64,000 nucleotides of DNA, taken from Chloropicon primus (lineage: Eukaryota). The position numbers and the translations under genes were made by a program. The notes beneath the pieces are model-generated. The model was not told the origin of the DNA and did no database searches. It was given only the letters and a program-made list of their open reading frames with translations. Below, piece by piece: positions 61,501 to 64,000 of the stretch. The DNA is taken from the NCBI GenBank assembly GCA_023205875.1, contig CP060765.1:496001-560000 (forward strand), read 5' to 3'. Position 1 is the stretch's first letter. Each line of letters starts with the position of its first letter.

Positions 61501-62003
61501 ACAACCTCTTCGCGCAGTACTGTGCCTTGCAGCCCGCTGGAATCACCTACGGGTTCCCTAGCAGAGGCAAGGCGTCTTCCACCGCCACCTCCAAAAAGGC
61601 TCCAGCCGGAGCTTTCTACTGGTGGAACGGAAGACCACAGAGGTTCCCAAACAAGAATTACCAGTCGAACGCCTTGGCCTACGCCCAGACGGCCTACTTC
61701 ATCAGTATTATCGTGGCCCAGTGGTCCGATCTGCTCATCAGTAAGACTAGGAAGCTCTCCCTCTTCGAGCAGGGCATGAACAACAACAAGATGATCCAGG
61801 GTCTCATGTTTGAGACTTGCTTGGGTATCTTCCTGTGCTACTGCCCTGGCTTCGACACGGGACTGGGAACGAGGCCAATCCACGGCTTCCACTGGTTCCT
61901 CGGAGTTCCATGGAGTTTGTTGATCCTGATCTACGACGAGGTTAGAAAGTCGATCATCAGAAAGAACCCTGGTGGGTGGACCGACAGATTCACGTACTGG
62001 TAG
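58569..62003 (+). CDS. P-type IIC ATPase, Na+/K+-ATPase alpha-subunit-like
   Basis: GENKLTPP, DNASLTGEAEPQ, VANVPEGL, DKTGTLT, KGAPER, MVTGDHPITA, GDGVNDAPAL, SYTLTSNIPE, DLGTDMWPAISLAYE, QWSDL and a C-terminal RFTYW. Confidence 0.96.
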   Translation: MSTKSFSWNKSKQSQATDKLATDVELTEHTWEIKRIAEFYHTSTEVGLTPDQVVLNRNEYGENKLTPPKKTPLWVKFLEQFTNFFSLLLLAGSILCFIGFSIDPEKDEVNLYLGIVLGAVVFITCSFSFYQEAQSDSIMEGFKDMIPRKSKVIRSTGAQIIDATEVVKGDLVELNEGDQVPADVRVISANELHVDNASLTGEAEPQQRTGEVEKEVNGKPPPVMEAKNIAFYGTIISSGAGMGIVVGIGDNTAMGQIANLTTGQEKKRTPINEEIRKFILLISAIAITLGVTLFGIGFAQTTFIKNIVFAIGIIVANVPEGLLATVTVSLALTAKRMSHRKVLVKHLEAVETLGSTTVIASDKTGTLTQNRMTVQHTWYDDKILDVPAARNKKEYDQMCDDSKGKMYNTEDPTFKILHAIGAVCNNSKFLVSEENPTPVTEGWLKDDYNMLDVNCSSDASETGLVKALQPIRDVEEFRKANPKIFEIKFNSTNKWMCSIHDMEKGFGMDRVMMLKGAPERVIRMCKTICVNGQKVKLTPEWKEKFQNAYESLGGLGERVLGFAYRDMSDQPKNKEYTSKPEPNFPMDDLTFAGLFTLIDPPRIGVPEAVGKCKRGGIKVFMVTGDHPITAEAIAKQVGIIDESEGKSIVIKGDDIRDIMELSEEEQSAKWDFWLSHKQIVFARVSPKHKLIICDNAQKRGEIVAVTGDGVNDAPALSAAHIGVAMGIMGKDVAKEAADMILMDDNFASIVNGVEEGRLIFDNLKKSISYTLTSNIPEIGPFIIYMLLNIPLPLSTVLILCVDLGTDMWPAISLAYEEKESDIMDRPPRNAATDRLVNRRLITFAYFQIGIMQVLAGFFTYLIVLNDYGYTPRILMGLGSDWEDFPVMCTVRGNGAPGSCGYGCADPDFNKLGLGDIEGDRKWCQQGCNIPVYGYGDPFIEHTHDGFRGFGAGGEEATCGRTCAWFYSQGNSTGNTFEDNLFAQYCALQPAGITYGFPSRGKASSTATSKKAPAGAFYWWNGRPQRFPNKNYQSNALAYAQTAYFISIIVAQWSDLLISKTRKLSLFEQGMNNNKMIQGLMFETCLGIFLCYCPGFDTGLGTRPIHGFHWFLGVPWSLLILIYDEVRKSIIRKNPGGWTDRFTYW

Positions 62004-62133
62004 GAGTTTTGCAAAAAAAAACCTACAAACAACAACAACAATTGAGTAAGAGTAAGAGTTTTGACATGTTAAACTCGCGACGATTAAAGTAATTATTTCC
62101 AGAACTTCAAAAAGAAAAGAAGAACCACACGGT

Positions 62134-62943
62134 TCACTGCTTCAGGTCCTCCTGCCCCTCCTCGTCCTCGTCCTCGATGCCGAGGTGGCCCATGATCTTG
62201 AAGAGCATCTTCTCCGCGTTCTTCCTCCTCTCCTCGTCGGAGAGCTGCGCCGACTGGTCCCTGGCGCTGGCAACTTTGGCGAGCAAGCTCTCGAAGTCCT
62301 CCAAGTCGCCGGTCGGATCCCCGGACGTGGGCGGAGCCTCCTCCTCCTCCTCCTCCTCCTCCCCTTGGTGGTGGTGGCGAACTTGTCTCTCCTTGAGCGT
62401 TTGGCCGGGCCACCGGTGGCAGTGCAGCACCTCCACGAGCCGAGACACGCCCTGCTTGTCCCCGTAAAGCGTCAGGCTCTCGTCCAGCTCCTCACTGCCC
62501 ACTGAGGCCTCGACGTACTCGAAGCCGTTCTCGAGGCACCAATCGTAGCACTTGGAGAGCCACCCGCCCTCGTCCTCCTCCTTCTCCAGCGACTGCTTCG
62601 GATCCGACAGGCAGGCCAGGACCACCTTGGTTTCCACGGCCTCGTGGTCGTCGCGGCGCCCCTCGAGACCCCGCCTCAGCTTGGACCACTCCTCCTCGCT
62701 CGCGATGTCGAACACCCCGACGACGGCCTCCTCCGACCCTCCTGGCCCAGAGCTTGCGGCGAGGTCCTCCACCGCCGCGGCCACCCGCAATCTCGTCGTC
62801 GCCTCGTAGTATGGCGTGTCTATGTTCCAGCGATACCATTTTCCCTTCTCGATCTCCTTGAGACTCTCCCACTTGCTGCACGCGGCCAGGTCCCTCCCCA
62901 GGCTCCCCACCACCGATACGTACGACCCCTCCTCCCTCGTCAT
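62134..62943 (-). CDS. AAGAB: Alpha/gamma-adaptin-binding protein p34 (AAGAB/Irc6)-like
   Basis: WNIDTPYYEA, DWCLENGFEYVE, GVSRLVEVLHCHRWP, and a C-terminal FESLLAKVASARDQSAQLSDEERRKNAE. Confidence 0.85.
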   Translation of the reverse strand: MTREEGSYVSVVGSLGRDLAACSKWESLKEIEKGKWYRWNIDTPYYEATTRLRVAAAVEDLAASSGPGGSEEAVVGVFDIASEEEWSKLRRGLEGRRDDHEAVETKVVLACLSDPKQSLEKEEDEGGWLSKCYDWCLENGFEYVEASVGSEELDESLTLYGDKQGVSRLVEVLHCHRWPGQTLKERQVRHHHQGEEEEEEEEAPPTSGDPTGDLEDFESLLAKVASARDQSAQLSDEERRKNAEKMLFKIMGHLGIEDEDEEGQEDLKQ

Positions 62944-63243
62944 AACACTCCTTCTGCCCTTCTGCCCTTCTGCGTTTGCGTTCTCCTTCTGCTCTGCTTC
63001 CCGCGCGTTTTCTTTCTTTTTTTCTGGTTGGATTTTCTCTCCTTCCCGCGGGAAATCAAAAAGATAACGGGCGAGCACGAGGCCAGGAGGACGACGAGCA
63101 CGAGAGAGAGAGGGCGAGGGAGAGGGAGAGGGAGAGGGAGAGACGAGGACGGGACGGGAGCGGGCTGCGTAGGAAGAGAGAGGGAGGGACGGAGGACAGA
63201 AAAGAAGGAAGGGGCGCCATCTCGTGCTCTTTCGAAAGAGAGA

Positions 63244-64000
63244 ATGGTTCTTCTGGGTTTCGTGTTCGAGAGGTTGTGCGGAAGCTGGCTCCACAAGGAG
63301 AACTTCGTCTTCGACGCGCACTTGCTCGAGGCGTCACAGAGCATGAAGAGAGGGAGACTGGCGAACCCTCCGCAACAATACTTTATATTCGGCTTCAAGG
63401 ATCGGCGTCTCGAGCAGAGGTACCTCGACTCGGTGGCGAGGAATAACAGGTCGAGGATATTCGGAGGCTTCTCCTTGCTCATCATGGTCGTGCTCTTGCC
63501 TCTCATCTTCAGCGTCGTGGACAGCGTCGCTTACTCGAGGGAGGACGCGAACCCGCCGACGGCGAGCGATTGGACGCTCTCGCTTTTCCCGCTGTGCCTC
63601 AGCCTGCTGACGTTCACTTCCGGGTTCGCCCTGTCCTTCTACGTCTACAAGGTTGTGGAGAGCAAGGCCTGGGTCATGCACATTGTGGAAACGGTGTTCC
63701 TCTTTTTCGCCGCTTTCGCCACGTATGACTTTTCGCAGTCGTACACGGTCTTTAGCGTTGGCTTCGGCCTTCACGGCTGGCTTGTGATGGCATCCTTCAT
63801 CTACCTCTCTCCGCTGTTAACGACCTTTATCATGGTCGTGCCGCCGGCTCAGACGCTCGAAGTCACGGGAGTGACTGGTGCCCTGATACTGATCTTCGTT
63901 CCAACGTGGGCGAACTTGTGGTCGCTAAGCTTCAACAACACGCTGATACTCTCGACCCTTGCGCCCGAGGAAGGGAAGCTCGTGCAGTGTTCCGGGAACC
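63244..64000 (+). CDS. Multi-pass membrane protein, 5' part only (possible membrane nucleotide cyclase/phosphodiesterase N-terminus)
   Basis: Open frame from ATG 63244 (or 63343) to the window end. FGFKDRRLEQRYL is followed by about five hydrophobic helices, like the pre-TM motif of membrane cyclases. No catalytic domain lies in the window. Confidence 0.6.
   Translation, partial: MVLLGFVFERLCGSWLHKENFVFDAHLLEASQSMKRGRLANPPQQYFIFGFKDRRLEQRYLDSVARNNRSRIFGGFSLLIMVVLLPLIFSVVDSVAYSREDANPPTASDWTLSLFPLCLSLLTFTSGFALSFYVYKVVESKAWVMHIVETVFLFFAAFATYDFSQSYTVFSVGFGLHGWLVMASFIYLSPLLTTFIMVVPPAQTLEVTGVTGALILIFVPTWANLWSLSFNNTLILSTLAPEEGKLVQCSGN

Noticed and set aside
58587..61892. 1101-aa - strand ORF opposite the P-type ATPase
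   Set aside because: Shadow ORF expected from the strongly biased codon use of the sense gene.
33961..62943. AP-1 mu and its chaperone AAGAB in one window as a functional cluster
   Set aside because: They are 27 kb and about 12 unrelated genes apart, which is compatible with chance.

Overview
Gene-dense eukaryotic nuclear DNA from a compact-genome green alga. Evidence: plastid-targeted ZDS, SecA1, OPR/RAP and fibrillin genes; short GT-AG introns; TGTAA poly(A) signals; stop-to-stop gaps of only 40-90 nt. The style resembles Chloropicon or a prasinophyte (inference). About 31 protein genes can be supported, several only after splicing by hand. No rRNA, tRNA, CRISPR array or autonomous transposon was seen. 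Highlights: (1) a spliced forkhead-like winged-helix protein, plus a second HARE-HTH-like wHTH 10 kb away; (2) an 86-aa MOZART2-like microprotein 119 nt upstream of AP-1 mu with no terminator signal between them (bicistron candidate), beside a CTF4/TONSOKU-like block with E2F-type sites; (3) a Na+/K+-ATPase alpha with a ~170-aa, 8-Cys M7-M8 loop in place of the beta-binding segment; (4) a claudin-like tetraspan, CEP19 and a COMM-only COMMD hidden by introns; (5) a bacterial-type xylulokinase near a xylose-symporter-like transporter; (6) six intergenic tandem duplications with 146-192 bp (nucleosome-like) periods and a shared element in several divergent promoters. Family calls come from motif recognition and memory, not from database searches.
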